Below are positions 1-12,500 of a DNA stretch of 64,000 nucleotides, piece after piece. Numbering within the stretch: the first letter of the stretch is position 1; each line of letters begins with the position of its first letter. Made by a program: the position numbers and the translations under genes. The notes under the pieces were generated by a model. That model did not search any database and was not told where the DNA came from. It worked only from the letters and a program-made list of their open reading frames with translations. Source of the stretch: the human T2T-CHM13v2.0 reference genome, Homo sapiens; NCBI RefSeq assembly GCF_009914755.1, contig NC_060927.1, one strand, 5' to 3'.

Positions 1-273
1 GCTTAGAAGTTACATAGTAGATAGAGGGGATGGAGAATTATAAAAGAATAGAAATTAATTTTTTAAAAAATTAGAGGCAGAGTTTGCAGCACCTAGAGAG
101 GGTGCTATGGAGATGGTCTTTACTGGGTAACAGGTAGGAAGGCATAACATCTGTTAGGTAAGGAGGAACTCATGAGTTGCACATTTCATAGTTTCTGTTT
201 TAATCAAGAAATTATTGGTGAGACATTATAGAGTTTTGCACACGGAAGGAATGTCACGAAATAAGTGAAGTCT

Positions 274-351
274 CTGATTGAACCATCTGAAATTGCCAAT
301 ATTTGATCTTTTCTATCTTTAAAAATGGCAGTTTCATGTGTCTTGATCTAA
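274..351. mobile_element. MADE2-like mariner-derived MITE (~80 bp)
   Basis: TTGAACCATCTGAAATTGCCAAT...AAAAATGGCAGTTTCATGTG forms an imperfect terminal inverted repeat and resembles the MADE2 consensus as I recall it. Confidence 0.7.
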
Positions 352-1598
352 AATCTTAAAATCAATCTTTCAATTGGATAAGAGGCAGGGAAATTAGCTT
401 GGAAGGTAAATCTATTATCCAGAGGCAAAATTTCATGGGCTTTGATAAAGGTGGATATTTTTCGATAAGGAGGAAAGAGTAAATTTTACTAACATACTTT
501 GGCTTTTGTTCAGTTTTCTTAACCTCTATTTTCGCTTTATTATTTATTTTTTTGTTTTACTCTTGGGAAAGCAAATTATTTGTTTTCTCACATCTTTTGG
601 GGTCCAATTTTGATGATTCTGATCTTTTTTAGTTGCTTGACCTGTAGACCCTCTACAGAACATTGCAGGGCCTCTTCTCAGAGGAGCAGCGGTGATGAGC
701 TTAGTTTCCTAGGCTGGGACTGTTGCGCTGGACTTGACAGGTGAACTGAAAATTGCAGGGATAAGTACACCTATTGAGAACAAACATCCCATCTCTTTAT
801 CAAAGCTCTTCATTGGCTTTGGAAAACTGCTGTAGGCCTAAGGAAACTAAACTTTCTAGGGATATTCTAGGTTTTAAACATATGAGAAAGAGAAAGACGT
901 CGGTTCTTATTTAAGAGAGTTTATGAGACCTTATCCTTGAAATAGTCAAATTTATAAATGACATAAGGCTGTATGTGTAGTTAATAAAACAGGAATTCAT
1001 AGCCACTCAAATGTTCTAAACTTTCAAAAATGATTTGGGGTTCTGTTTTGGGATTAAGGAACACTGAACTTTGAACCATTTCAACCCACTTCTAATTCTG
1101 AGGTCTAGAGATACAATATGTAGCATGGCAGAGTTACGGCATCAGCTGATGAATATCCATTGAAGTGAAATGATTATAAAGTTACACCAAAAAATAACAC
1201 CATCCATGCTTGCAGAGTTGGGATGACAGAATACTTATGAGGTATTTGCTTTTTAGTTATATATTGCATTATAGGCTAAAGATTTGGGTCTATTTGCTGA
1301 AAGTCACTAATCTAATAATATTTTCATTATTAAAAGTGGAGGCAATATTAGGGGATCCTTGAAAATTTAGCATGAGGCTGGAAAACAATACCCCCCGGCC
1401 CCAGACCCATCTTTCAAGCTTGTAGTAACCAGCAAAATCTGCTGTGATTCCTGTCTTTGCCATCTATTCAGGTTTCATTTTGTTGCTCAAGGTTCACTGT
1501 ACGTTTGGAGAAGGAGTGGGGCAAAAATAAATAGGGTGAGGATACGGCATAAATTAGATACCTAACATGTATCTCTGGCTCTCCTCTTCACACTTTAG

Positions 1599-1703
1599 AA
1601 CCACGGTCACAGAAGGTGAGAGTCCGCATGAGCTCTTCTCTCCTTTGGCCTAACTGACTTTCTTTCTTCTCATGGAAAATATGGATTTCCTGCATTTGTT
1701 CTG
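1599..1703 (+). other. Candidate non-coding exon (alternative 17-nt micro-exon 1599-1615)
   Basis: CTAAC branch-like motif at 1562, pyrimidine tract and TTTAG acceptor (AG 1597-1598); donors AAG|GTGAGA (1616) and CTG|GTGAGT (1704); the long form has stops in all 3 frames. Splice signals only. Confidence 0.2.
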
Positions 1704-2294
1704 GTGAGTAACTCGAAGGCAACATAGCCCGGGATGTTGGGCACCAGAACAAATATCCTGGATAATCTACCTGCTAAACACATAGGTGAAAAACAAAAGC
1801 ATCTTATTTTGTGTGTGTGCACATGTATTGATGTTTCCTCTTTATCTGCTCATGGTAACAGGTTTCCTCCTCTTCTGTTTTCCCTTTCCCCTTTCCTCCT
1901 TCCTCTTAATTTATAGAAAAGAGTGGGGGTGGGGGTTAATGAAAAATGGAGAGACTTCTTTTTGTCTGATAACATAGGATCATTCATTAGTCAGATCTAT
2001 GGGCTTCCTGACCTAAAGTGAGCTCCAAAGCTCTGCCTGGCCCTGATGATGTGTTTGGGAGAATATGTGCCAAGCTCTCTTTTCTTGCTGACACTTTAAA
2101 CTCTGAGTGGTCCTTCAGAAGCTGAGTGAAATGAACTTAAACCAAGGCCTGGAGTTTGGGATCATGGGTAGTTGCATTCATGCCTGAAGTGTGAACAACA
2201 ATACAATTATACTTTTCACTTTGCATTTCTCTGACACATCTTAGCGTCAGACTATTGTTTGCTAAATGAGTCATGTTTATTAGTTTTGTTTCAT

Positions 2295-2390
2295 CCGTAT
2301 GACTGTAAGCTCCCAGAAGTCAGAGCCCCACCAGACATTTTGTTGTATCCTTCATAGCAGGCTGCACAGAGGTTAAATAAACATTGACAT
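2295..2390 (+). mobile_element. L2 3' end fragment
   Basis: GACTGTAAGCTCCCAGAAGTCAGAG...TGTATCC...AATAAACATTG resembles the L2 3' terminus. Confidence 0.55.
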
Positions 2391-3547
2391 TTCACAAAAG
2401 TGGAACAACAGAAAAAGAAAGAAAAAATATGAAAGATACAAGAAATTGTAGGCCAAGGAGAGTGTGAGACATAAAACAAAAAAAGGCAATCTTGGGAAAG
2501 GTACCAGGAAAGAAGAAAGACATGACAGTCATTGGGGTTGAGGGTCCCTATAGAAAATCATTTAGTGAAAGATGTCTTCCTTTAGTTCTTCTTCCTTTTT
2601 ATTCCCTATCCACATCCTTGTTGTCCTCCCTTTCTCAGTTTCTCTGTGTGTAGCCCCAAAAGAAAGCTTAACCATGGACAGCAGCTCAACAGGCCAGGCA
2701 CACTGCAAGTTAGGTGTCACCTGGACAGGCTAGGCTTGCTAACAGCCAACAGGGATGGGGTTTGAAGTCCTGAGGGAGACTGGAGAGCAGCTGTGCAGTA
2801 CTCAAAACCCAAACTCAGGTCATGGCCACTGATCCTACCCAGACCTCTCTCTCTTGAGTTATCCATTCTAATTTCTTGTCCTTCTCTGAAGCCCCTTGAG
2901 GTTGGTGAAGAGTGAAGGAATGCATCCTGAGTTATTAAAGACACTCCTAAGAAGCTCATTAAGTCCTTTTCTCCTTAACTCCAAGAAAAGATCCCATTTT
3001 CCTTCCAACACTTTAAAACCATTATTCATTGGATGGAAACATCCTTCCTCCCCTCAACCCTTTTCAAAGGGAATCATCCAGCCCAGGACTATGAAGTATC
3101 CCTATGTGTGGCAGTTAGATTTGGTGACAAAAAGGGCTCTAGTCTCTCCTTGTTACAAAGAACAAAGATAAAATTATGCAGTTCAGGCCATAAATAGTGA
3201 GGCTGAACCGAGGCCATCAGTTCTCAAGAGAGAGGATTCAGACCAATTTGTTTTCCCCTCTCCTTTCCTTTGAATCCCACTTTCTGTCTTCATTCCCCTG
3301 TCATCTGAGTGCTATTTGGCCCCTTTACTTTATTTTAGTGTGTCTTCTCTTTTCTTTGTTTTTTTCAAACTCACTCTTGACCATTCTTCGTTCTATTTTA
3401 TTGCAGTCCCGTTTCTTTCCCTCTTTCTCTGTCTCTCCCTCATTTACTTCTCCTGAGATTTACGCAGCTTGACTTCATGAGCTCACTGTCACATCAAGGG
3501 AAAACAGAAAGGAGGAGCCATGGCTGGAGGGAGGAGGCTTATCTTAC

Positions 3548-3764
3548 CTTGTAACTGTGTTAACCCATTGTGTGGGGGTGGGATGAGTACTGGTTTTTTC
3601 TTACTCTTGAGTAGTGCTCTAATAGCTCCATTACCTCTGCAAGCACAAAGATGCTGTTCGCTTTTAAAGCAGCAGGGCCTGGCTAAAAGCCTGCCATAAC
3701 CAATAAAAGCCTCAGCTGTGCTGGCCCTCTCCAAATCTCCTCACACCCCAGGCTTGTAAGCTGC
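3548..3764 (-). other. Candidate non-coding exon, minus strand
   Basis: Minus-strand acceptor TTAACTTCTGTTTCAG and donor AAG|GTAAGA flank 217 nt. Splice signals only. Confidence 0.2.
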
Positions 3765-6074
3765 CTGAAACAGAAGTTAATAGTATTCATTGGAATAAGA
3801 CATCTCCAATGGACTTCTTCCAGTCTATTTGGATTGCGGTGCCCTGCCAATGACAAGGAGTGGTGAAGAGATATCAGGGTTCCCCTGCCTCATGTAGAGT
3901 GCATTCTCATGAAAGAGATTTTGGCTGGAGAAGTTAAGTAAGGCAGTCTTTCTATTGTAAGAGTCACATTTACTTCATAGTATTATTTTGAATTCTGCAA
4001 TAGTTGAGAAGAGAGAAAAGATGCATTGCTCTTGCTTTTCTGAAAAAAAGACATATTGACCACTCAGATCCCTCCAAACATGTTAATTCCATTTTCCATT
4101 CTCCTGCTCCCCCTGTGTCTGTCACTGATGTTCTGTCTGCCCTTTTGGTCTTGTTCCTTCTTTTCCTTCCTTTTCTTTTCCATTCTTCTCTTTTTTTTTT
4201 CTTTTTTCCTCTCTCTCTCTCCTAATTCCATCTTAACTCAAGGTTCTGAAATTGTTATTTTATCTAACTGTGAAAGGGCGTAAATGGATGAGCTAAAGTT
4301 ACTCCAATCCTTAACCATTTCATGCCAAACCTGTTGTCACACTCTTTATTGGTACAGAACGGGTCATTTCCTACAAATTTGACGGGACCATCTGCTCCTC
4401 GGGATGCTGCTAGGTGGTTTTCAGTGGCATGAGGAAAGTCTTAGAAAATATACTGTAAGGAGCTACACTGATTGACCAAAGCAGTTGTGAAAAATCCTTT
4501 AGTTTCTAGAAAGGTGGGACTGGCTTGGAGTTATGGATGGACAGCGAATTGTTGGCAGCAATCAGGGGAAGCAATGAAGAGATATGGGGTAGAAGACTGT
4601 TAAGAAATAAATTACTCTGGAGAAAGGACCAGGGAAAATGGATGAGGAGGAGAGTGGAGAGAAGAACAGCTGAATCCTAAACAAGGGCAGGCCTGGAGTT
4701 GTCTCGATGGTGTCCTCTGACCTGACACGGTATGCTTCTTGCCACTTTGTGCTGTGTGCTGGGCAGCCGCTCTTCACCAGGCTATCTGGGTATTCTCTCT
4801 CACACACAATTTCCCATAAACAAATCCCCTGTTGCCGTGAATAATGCCACCATTTTGCTTGAGAAATTATCTGAAGTGTTTTTCATTGACTTTCTTTGCT
4901 TAAATCTAGAGGATGGCCCATTCTAATCAGAGTGTGTATCTCCCTCAAATTTATTAGCAAGTCTCCCATTTAATCCCTGATTTACGCTTTATTCATATCC
5001 CAGTGGTAATGCTGAGATTGTGCTGACATCAGCTTTCCCTGCCAAGGACACATGAACCACGCTCTGGAAAATACACATGCTTAACAGATGCTATGAAAAT
5101 GAAGTTTCCATCATATTTCCACAGAACTCTAGGCCTTCACCACCTGACCAAACCTCATGCCCCAACAACCTCTATGTCTCCCTCATTCTCTCTCTTTCCA
5201 GGGCATGGGTTTCTCCATGAATGGTCTTCTCACAGATCTTTCATCTTTCATCATTACCTCTTTTCTCATCCTTAGTATCTTCCCCATTCTCTTTGACCAG
5301 AAGCAAAGGCAGAAAGTGGGAATTGACTCAAGTCTCCCAGAGGGCAGATAGCAATGCCATACTGGATACAGGATGAGAGTGGGAGCCTCACTGAGTCCGT
5401 TATGATTCATGAGTGGAGAGTGAGGATATTAGTTCTGGAGCTGGGGGTTTCTCATTAGCACGGAGGGCAGACCATAGAGAAGAAGAAAATGAAGCAAAAT
5501 CTCCTTTTTTTGTGAGATTTTTTACTCAGCTCTAGCCAAGGGTCTGGATCCTGAGCATTTCTCTTCCTTCCCACTTTTCTTCCTTAAATCCTTATTTTCT
5601 GCTTCCATTTTCTCTCAGTATTCATTTTACTCAGCAAAAAGGTGAATCTAAACCATAAGACCTAAAGACTCAAATGGGTGCTTTTCATGGTTACTCTGTT
5701 TTTTCTCTGAATAAAATATCACATGATTGTACACTTTGTACAGACTGATTGAATTGTTCTAAGTAAATACACAAAACCAAAATCAATAAAGGTTTAGAGT
5801 TAATTCTGTATCTGGAAGTAGGTGAAGAGAGTTTTACACTAGTTGGATTCCAAAGTTGCAGATATTGAAAACAGAAACAATAACAACAGAAGGATAATTA
5901 TACATTATGATTGTGAGGAAGCTAGAAACCAGTGCAAAAGAATATTTTCGCACTAAAAATATTTTAGTTTTTCTTGAGTGCAGAGAAAACAAAGAAATAT
6001 TCTGTTGCACTACATTTTTTTTGCACTGACTTGATCTCTAGCTCTGTTTGTTTAGACAATGTGATTCTGAGGAC

Positions 6075-6245
6075 AAATACAGGAATTTAGAATTGAGATT
6101 TTAGTTCAAATCTTGATTCTGCCATTTAGTAAGCAGATTATTTTATATAGGCAGATAAGTACCTCTTAGAATTTGCTTTTCCATTTGTAAAATAAAGATG
6201 GTCATAGCATACTTATAGGGATGTTATTATGGTAATTTAAGAAAT
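6075..6245 (+). mobile_element. MIR SINE
   Basis: GTTCAAATCTTGATTCTGCCATTTAGT...TTTCCATTTGTAAAATAAAGATG core motifs. Confidence 0.65.
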
Positions 6246-7554
6246 ATTTCCTAATTATGGCAATTTAAGATTTATTATGGTCTTTTGTATTTCCTACTAA
6301 TATATTTACAATGGAACATCAGCTAAGTGAGATATATATTGAATGACTTTATGAATATTGTGTATTAACTTATAACTGGAGAAGCTTCTTTTTTTTTCTT
6401 TTTTCTCCATATGGTTTTGCTGTTTGAATTTATTATTGTTATTGGAAGTCCTCTTATATCCAAAGAATTTATTTTAGGCCTTTGTACCAAAAATAAAAAA
6501 AAAAGATTTATTTTTTAATGGCAAGAGCCTATTCTGAGATGCTTCCTACTGGAAACTTCCTTAATAATTTTGCTCCTGTAATTTTTCTTTAATGAAAATT
6601 GACTCAACCAATAAGAAATTTCATTTGCTCTCAAGATCTGCCTCAGTTTACTTCTATTCTCTGTTCCTTCCTTGCATTGTTGCTCAATGCTACACTTAGA
6701 ACCAATAAATCAGACATGGTTCATGCCTCAAACACTGACAAAAACTGAGACACATAAAGAAAATTTAGATTTTCTTTGTTGAAATGAGGGCTTGCCAGTT
6801 GCCAGATCCTAGTAGAGCACATTTCCTAGTCACTTTCCAGAGAATAGGAGAAAACTCTGGGACAGTTTTTCAGGGCTTCATACATGTTACATTACTGTAT
6901 AGACTGGGATATTTGAGAACATTACTATGTAATTGCTACATTAGTGTTTATCATTCTGTACCATTAAATAAATTCCCCATTCTTTTTTGAGAGAGAAATG
7001 GTTTGGGTCACCACTTAACTTATTTAATATTCAACAAAGATAGTCCACATAGTCTGACTGGGGTTTTATTTTTATGGCAACAATAAACTAGGAAAGAAGC
7101 TTCATAAGTTGCTTTTTATTCGCAAACAGTAAAAAGCTGGGTCAGTATATGATCCTACTAATGGGATTGAAACAAGCTAGCCCTCAATTACTGTGCATGT
7201 CTAATATTCATTAGCCAAATGTTACTGTGTTCTATTAAGATATGTTAAAACAATTGGATCTGTAAGGGTAAAATAAAACTCCAGGAGTTTAGGGAACACA
7301 TCTCACTTGAAATATATCAAGCAATCTTTACTATTCTCAAAAAAAAAAAAAGGAGAGAAAACAATAGAACCTGAGATAGGTTATGGAGGGCCTTTCTAAG
7401 AGATACTTTCAAAGCTTCAGCAAAACAGAAGCATGACAAAGAAGCGCAGGGGAGTGTTTAAAGGCAAGAGTCAGAAAAGTGGAAACTTCTGAAAATGGTA
7501 CTAACTTGGTTTTCTACTTGAAAGGGAGTAAGCAGAGAATAAAATAAAATAACA

Positions 7555-7660
7555 ATTAGTGAGAGAAGAAAGAGAAGAAAACAAGAAAGAGAAGGGGGAA
7601 GAGGAGGAGAACGGTAAGGAGTTAAGTGAAAAGAGAAGGAAGGGAAGTGAAAAGAGAGGA
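7555..7660 (+). repeat. GA-rich low-complexity (purine-rich) tract
   Basis: About 100 bp almost entirely A/G. Confidence 0.8.
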
Positions 7661-7952
7661 AATTTAGTGTGGGATGGGATCACAAGAAGAGAATTGGAGC
7701 CATGTGGATCAGCAATCCAGCCTTCCACTCTGATCCTTGTTTAGGCTCTTCAAGTCTTAGAGTAGATCCCTCTCCTACTGTTTGCACCATACCCTACCTA
7801 CTAGAGTTAGAGAAGTGATCAAATGTCAAAAATGTCTTTAAAAATATATTTAAAATATTCTAATTAAGATTTCCAAGTAGCAAAGATTCTTCAGGATCTT
7901 TTTGCTATTCATCCTTGGAATGAAGTAGAACTTTCGGAGATCATCTCAAATT

Positions 7953-8231
7953 TATTTTTTTAACTTTTATTTTAAGTTCAAGGGTACAGGTGCAGGTTTG
8001 TTACACAGGTAAACTTGTGTTGTGGAGGTTTGGTGTACAGATTATTTCATCACTGAGATATTAAGCCTAGTGCCAATAAGTTATATTCCCTTATTCTCTC
8101 CTTCCTCTTGCCTTCCACCCTCTGATAGGCCCCAGTGTGTATTGTTCCCTTCTATGGGTCCATGTGTTCTCATCATTTAGCTCTCACTTAGAAGTGAGAA
8201 CATGTGTTATTTGGTTTTCTGTTCCTGCATT
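7953..8231 (-). mobile_element. Old primate L1 3' UTR end (L1PA12-16-like), 5'-truncated, with TSD
   Basis: T-tail then TAACTTTTATTTTAAGTTCA...GGTTTGTTACACAGGTAAACTTGTG...GTGAGAACATG; TSD GATCATC(T/C)CAAATT at 7939-7952 and 8232-8245 (13/14). Confidence 0.9.
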
Positions 8232-9268
8232 GATCATCCCAAATTCTTATTCCAAAAACACAACACTTAGGATGATTTTGTGTTTACAAAATTGCAGGTC
8301 ATGCATTGGGGCAAATTTCTGTGGCACTTGTTTTTTCTATCACTATTTATTTTGGGTCAAATAATTTTTGCAAACTGTTGTGAGTTGCTGATTAACGCTA
8401 TGCTTTAAATTTTGACTGCTTATAAAACAACTAAGCTTATTATTATTGATATAACAGAAAGTTAAAATCAAAATAAAATAAAAAGAAAATCAGTATGAAA
8501 ACCCACTTATGGAAGAAATGTGCTCCAGGATAATATTAAGGCTTTACTTTGAGTCAATCATGAAGGCAGGAATGAAGGAAGAAGATTAGGGGAGGCTTGA
8601 TGTCGCAGCTGTAGAGCTGGCTTTCTCCCGCACTTGCAGAGGTTTTCTATTTAATTGACAAGAAAAGATGCAAAGTAAAACACATACTGGGGTAGGAAAG
8701 GAGGTACCATAATGCCTTTAACATTTACGGTTCTCAGAGGTCTTAATCTGATCCTGACCACACAATCGGTATAAATTAACCCAAATATTACCCTTTCAAA
8801 ACCTATGAAAAGAATTTACAATTTCATCATATATATCATAGGTCCCCATTATAGTGCTAATTTAGTCAGAATAATGTCATCCACATTATAATGACAAAAA
8901 CACACCATATATTAAGATGCATGTGTGGAATATAATGTGACCTGCCTGAAAACTAAAACCTTGATACAGCAAAGTAGTTTGTGAATTTCAAGTAGATCCA
9001 CCATTCATAGTCTAAATTGTTCTTTCAAATACAGTGATATTAGAAAATTGTTAGTTTATTTCTTTTCTAAGAATAGAGATGATGCTAATCTGATGCTCTG
9101 CTATCATTTTGTAGAGTTAAGCACATCGGCCCGTTTCCGAATACCTTTTCTTCTCACACAAGGTTTGAATAGTCAGCCATTAGAGAGAAATATACCTGCA
9201 AGTCAACTCTTCAATTCAATGTATTTAGGATCAATAGGCATCTGTCCTTTCACATATCAAATCGTTAA

Positions 9269-9525
<257 letters not shown>

Positions 9526-9628
9526 AGGATAAAATTAATTCTCTTTGGAAGCAATCATGGAAAAGAAAAAAATGCTTATATGCAAAAGACACTTACACTT
9601 TCTTCCTGCCTACTCCGTATTTCTAAAG

Positions 9629-9888
9629 ACTGAGGTTTAGCCAGTTAACTAAAGTTACCACTGAATCATCTTTTAAAAATTGAAGACTTGAGGTTGTTAA
9701 AACTGGCTTTACTTTGAACTTCACACACTGTCTGTTGAATTTTGGAAGGGCAAGAGCATAGTTATTGAAGGAACTTGGAGAGTTTCTGCTAATTAAGACC
9801 TGTTCACTTGAACCAAGCAAATGGCTACACATCTTATAAGAATAAATGGTCTTCCTGATCCTACCTGTCTTTCTATGCATTAGTTAAG
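9629..9888 (+). other. Candidate non-coding exon
   Basis: Pyrimidine-rich tract ending TTCTAAAG (AG 9627-9628) and strong donor AAG|GTGAGT at 9889. Splice signals only. Confidence 0.2.
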
Positions 9889-10521
9889 GTGAGTAGATGA
9901 CGTTTGACTGGCAGCTTATTCTGGGACTATTTTATGCTCCACAAGGAAAAGACACTAAAAATAGAGAAGATAAAATATTTAAATTATTTTGCTTGCTCCA
10001 GTCTTTTCAGCTCCTTTTTTCATGTAGAAATATATAATATCTTTAAGATATGTAAAAGTTTTGAATTGATGACCTCATTTTTTCATAACTATTTTTAATA
10101 GATTCCTAAATCAACTACTGTTTAAACAATTATATGTCACATTTTTAAATAATAGGTTTATACATAATGTTTTCATGTAATTTGAATATTTATTCACTAA
10201 AAACTTTAATTTTTATTAAACGCAGCAGACACTTGCACAATATACATATACATAAGTGCTTTGACATCTACCACTGAGTTACTGAAATATCCTTTTCAAA
10301 ACCTGTCTTACCACAATCAACCAAGTCTTTCAACATTGCACAGAGAAAATAAATATCTCAAACTGTCTCTTCAAGTGCTCTTAAAGCTAAGAAACTTAGA
10401 TAGGATTAGTATCAAAGAATGAAACAATATATTAAAAATCTGAAAACTGCATTACAGAAGAGTAATCTTTCCATTCAGATAACAAATTATATCAATGCAT
10501 ATGCGCTATAGTTTAGTACAG

Positions 10522-10546
10522 ACACACACACACACACACACACACA
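10522..10546. repeat. (CA)n microsatellite
   Basis: Direct reading. Confidence 0.95.
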
Positions 10547-11194
10547 TATACCCCACAGTTCATCCAGGGAACATATTAAAACTATAGTAAAGCACCCTAA
10601 AGACCCTAAAGAGGTGTTTGGGAACATATTGCACATGATAACTCATTCCCTGTAGGCAGATGAACTTCTAGACTTGGCGCAAGTAAGAGATGAGGGTGCA
10701 GCAGGTCAAGAGAGACCAGGGATAAAGGGAGCAGTCAGCAGGTTTTAGTGCTCTTGCAGCCTCAAACTCATGGAACCCTGTTGGTGAACAGAGGAGAGTG
10801 ACCTGGAGCTTGGATAAAAATGACAACATTTTCAGTAAAGCTACTAAGTTGTAATATCTGGTCTTCAAATCTATGCTTGCATAATGCAAGACTAACAACG
10901 AATCTCTAGGATGCTTTCTCTACAGACACATTTCAAGGCTAAGACTCAGAAGATAAATGTCAACCCCGAAGGAAATTACTTGAGAGAATTCTAAGAGGCT
11001 GAAGAGAAGCTATCAACACTCTGGTGACAATGGTGCTATGAATAAGAGAGTGGATTCCTTTGTTTTCAGGCCTCAATCTTTTCCTGACTATGGTTAGTAA
11101 AGGGGTAAGGTTGTTTTTTCCTGATAAGTGGCTTTTTTCATTTTGCCTGCACTAAAAGCAAGATATATCATGTCTGACCTTTATCCCATTGAAT

Positions 11195-11390
11195 TGACTG
11201 CCTCCTCCACATATCCAAAGCTGAATTCATGATCTTGCTTCCCAAATTTGGATCTTCACAAATATTCTTTCTTACAGGGAAAGGAAGCTCCATCCACAAA
11301 GTTCAAGCTAGAAATCTGGGAATTGACCTTACAACTTCTCTTTTCCCAACACCCCATAACCAGCTTATTATTAAATCTGGCCAATTTTAC
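11195..11390 (+). mobile_element. L2 fragment (interrupted; resumes at ~12180)
   Basis: CATATCCAAAGCTGAATTCATGATCTT...CTAGAAATCTGGGAATTGACCTT resembles the L2 3' region. Confidence 0.65.
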
Positions 11391-11534
11391 TTTTATTTAT
11401 TTATTTATTTATTTATTTTTGAGACAGGTCTTGCTATGTTGCCCAGGCTGGTTTCAAACTACTTGCCTCAAGCGGTCCTCTCACCTCAGCTTCCCAAAGC
11501 GCTGGGATTACAGGCATGAACCACCAGGACTGGC
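11391..11534 (-). mobile_element. FLAM-C / free Alu left monomer with (TTTA)n tail
   Basis: (TTTA)n then GAGACAGGTCTTGCTATGTTGCCCAGGCTGG...CCCAAAGCGCTGGGATTACAGGCATGAACCACC. Confidence 0.85.
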
Positions 11535-12179
11535 TAATTTTTTATTTTTTATTTTATTTTTATTTTTTTGATACACAACATCAAGCATGCTGTTGATGAG
11601 AGGTAAGGGTTAATTTTTCCAAAAAAGATTCCCCAGGGTCTTCTGAAAAGCTTCCTGAAAGTGGGCTAAGACCTTGAGTTTAAAGCCCTAAACTTAAAGT
11701 ACTCCATTCTGACCAACTACACTCACAAGGCTTGATTTCCAGGCCCTTCTCATTCCAAAAGAGGGGCCTATGCTTCCCCAAACAGGAACATTTTAAAGTG
11801 GAGAATTCTACTGCTTCCTTGTGACATCATATATTTGTGAACCTCAGTGCCAAATGACAGGAGAGGTTGGTCCTACCTACAACCATAAAATGCTGACTAG
11901 GACTGAGGCCCAGTTTCTGCCTCATAATATTACTATTGTTTTCCTGCTCCTGCTTACACAGTGCTTCTGTAATCATGCAGCTTCAAAGCCCCGCAGATCA
12001 AGGGTAGGGGCTTCTCCTAAAGTCTGGTATCTGGCCTAGATAAATCTCTGTCGGCTGTTCTAGAATACAAATGCACCTGCTCCTGATATTGTCTCCATTA
12101 GTTAAACTTGGGGTTAAACTTTAACCTTAAAAATGCTGTTCCAGCAGGTTTGGTGTCCTTGTTCACATTACAGCTAGCA

Positions 12180-12500
12180 GCTTAAAACTCTTCAGTGGCA
12201 CCACATCACTCTTAAGATAAGCACCAAGATACTTACTATGGCCTACAAGGCCCACCATGACCTGGCTCCAGCCTCTTGTTGCAGGCTCACTTTGCACCAC
12301 GTTCACTGTGTTTCAACTGGCCTTTTAGTTTTCAGAAATGCAATTCTTTCTGCCTCAAAGCTTTCAAACTGTTGTTCCCTATGTTGGAACATTCTCTCCC
12401 ACTTAGCCTTCTGATCTAAGACCAGAAGTCACTTTCTCAAATAAGTCCTCCCAGATTTTCCAGATTAGCGTGGCTGTCCTGTTATATACCTTACATCGTT
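12180..12500 (+). mobile_element. L2 fragment (continuation)
   Basis: CTTAAAACTCTTCAGTGGC...ATGGCCTACAAGGCCC...CCTATGTTGGAACATTCT...GTCACTTTCTCA L2 motifs. Confidence 0.7.

Noticed and set aside
6226-6281. Micro-duplications of 10-17 bp (also 12611-12642, 17918-17947)
   Set aside because: Ordinary replication-slippage products
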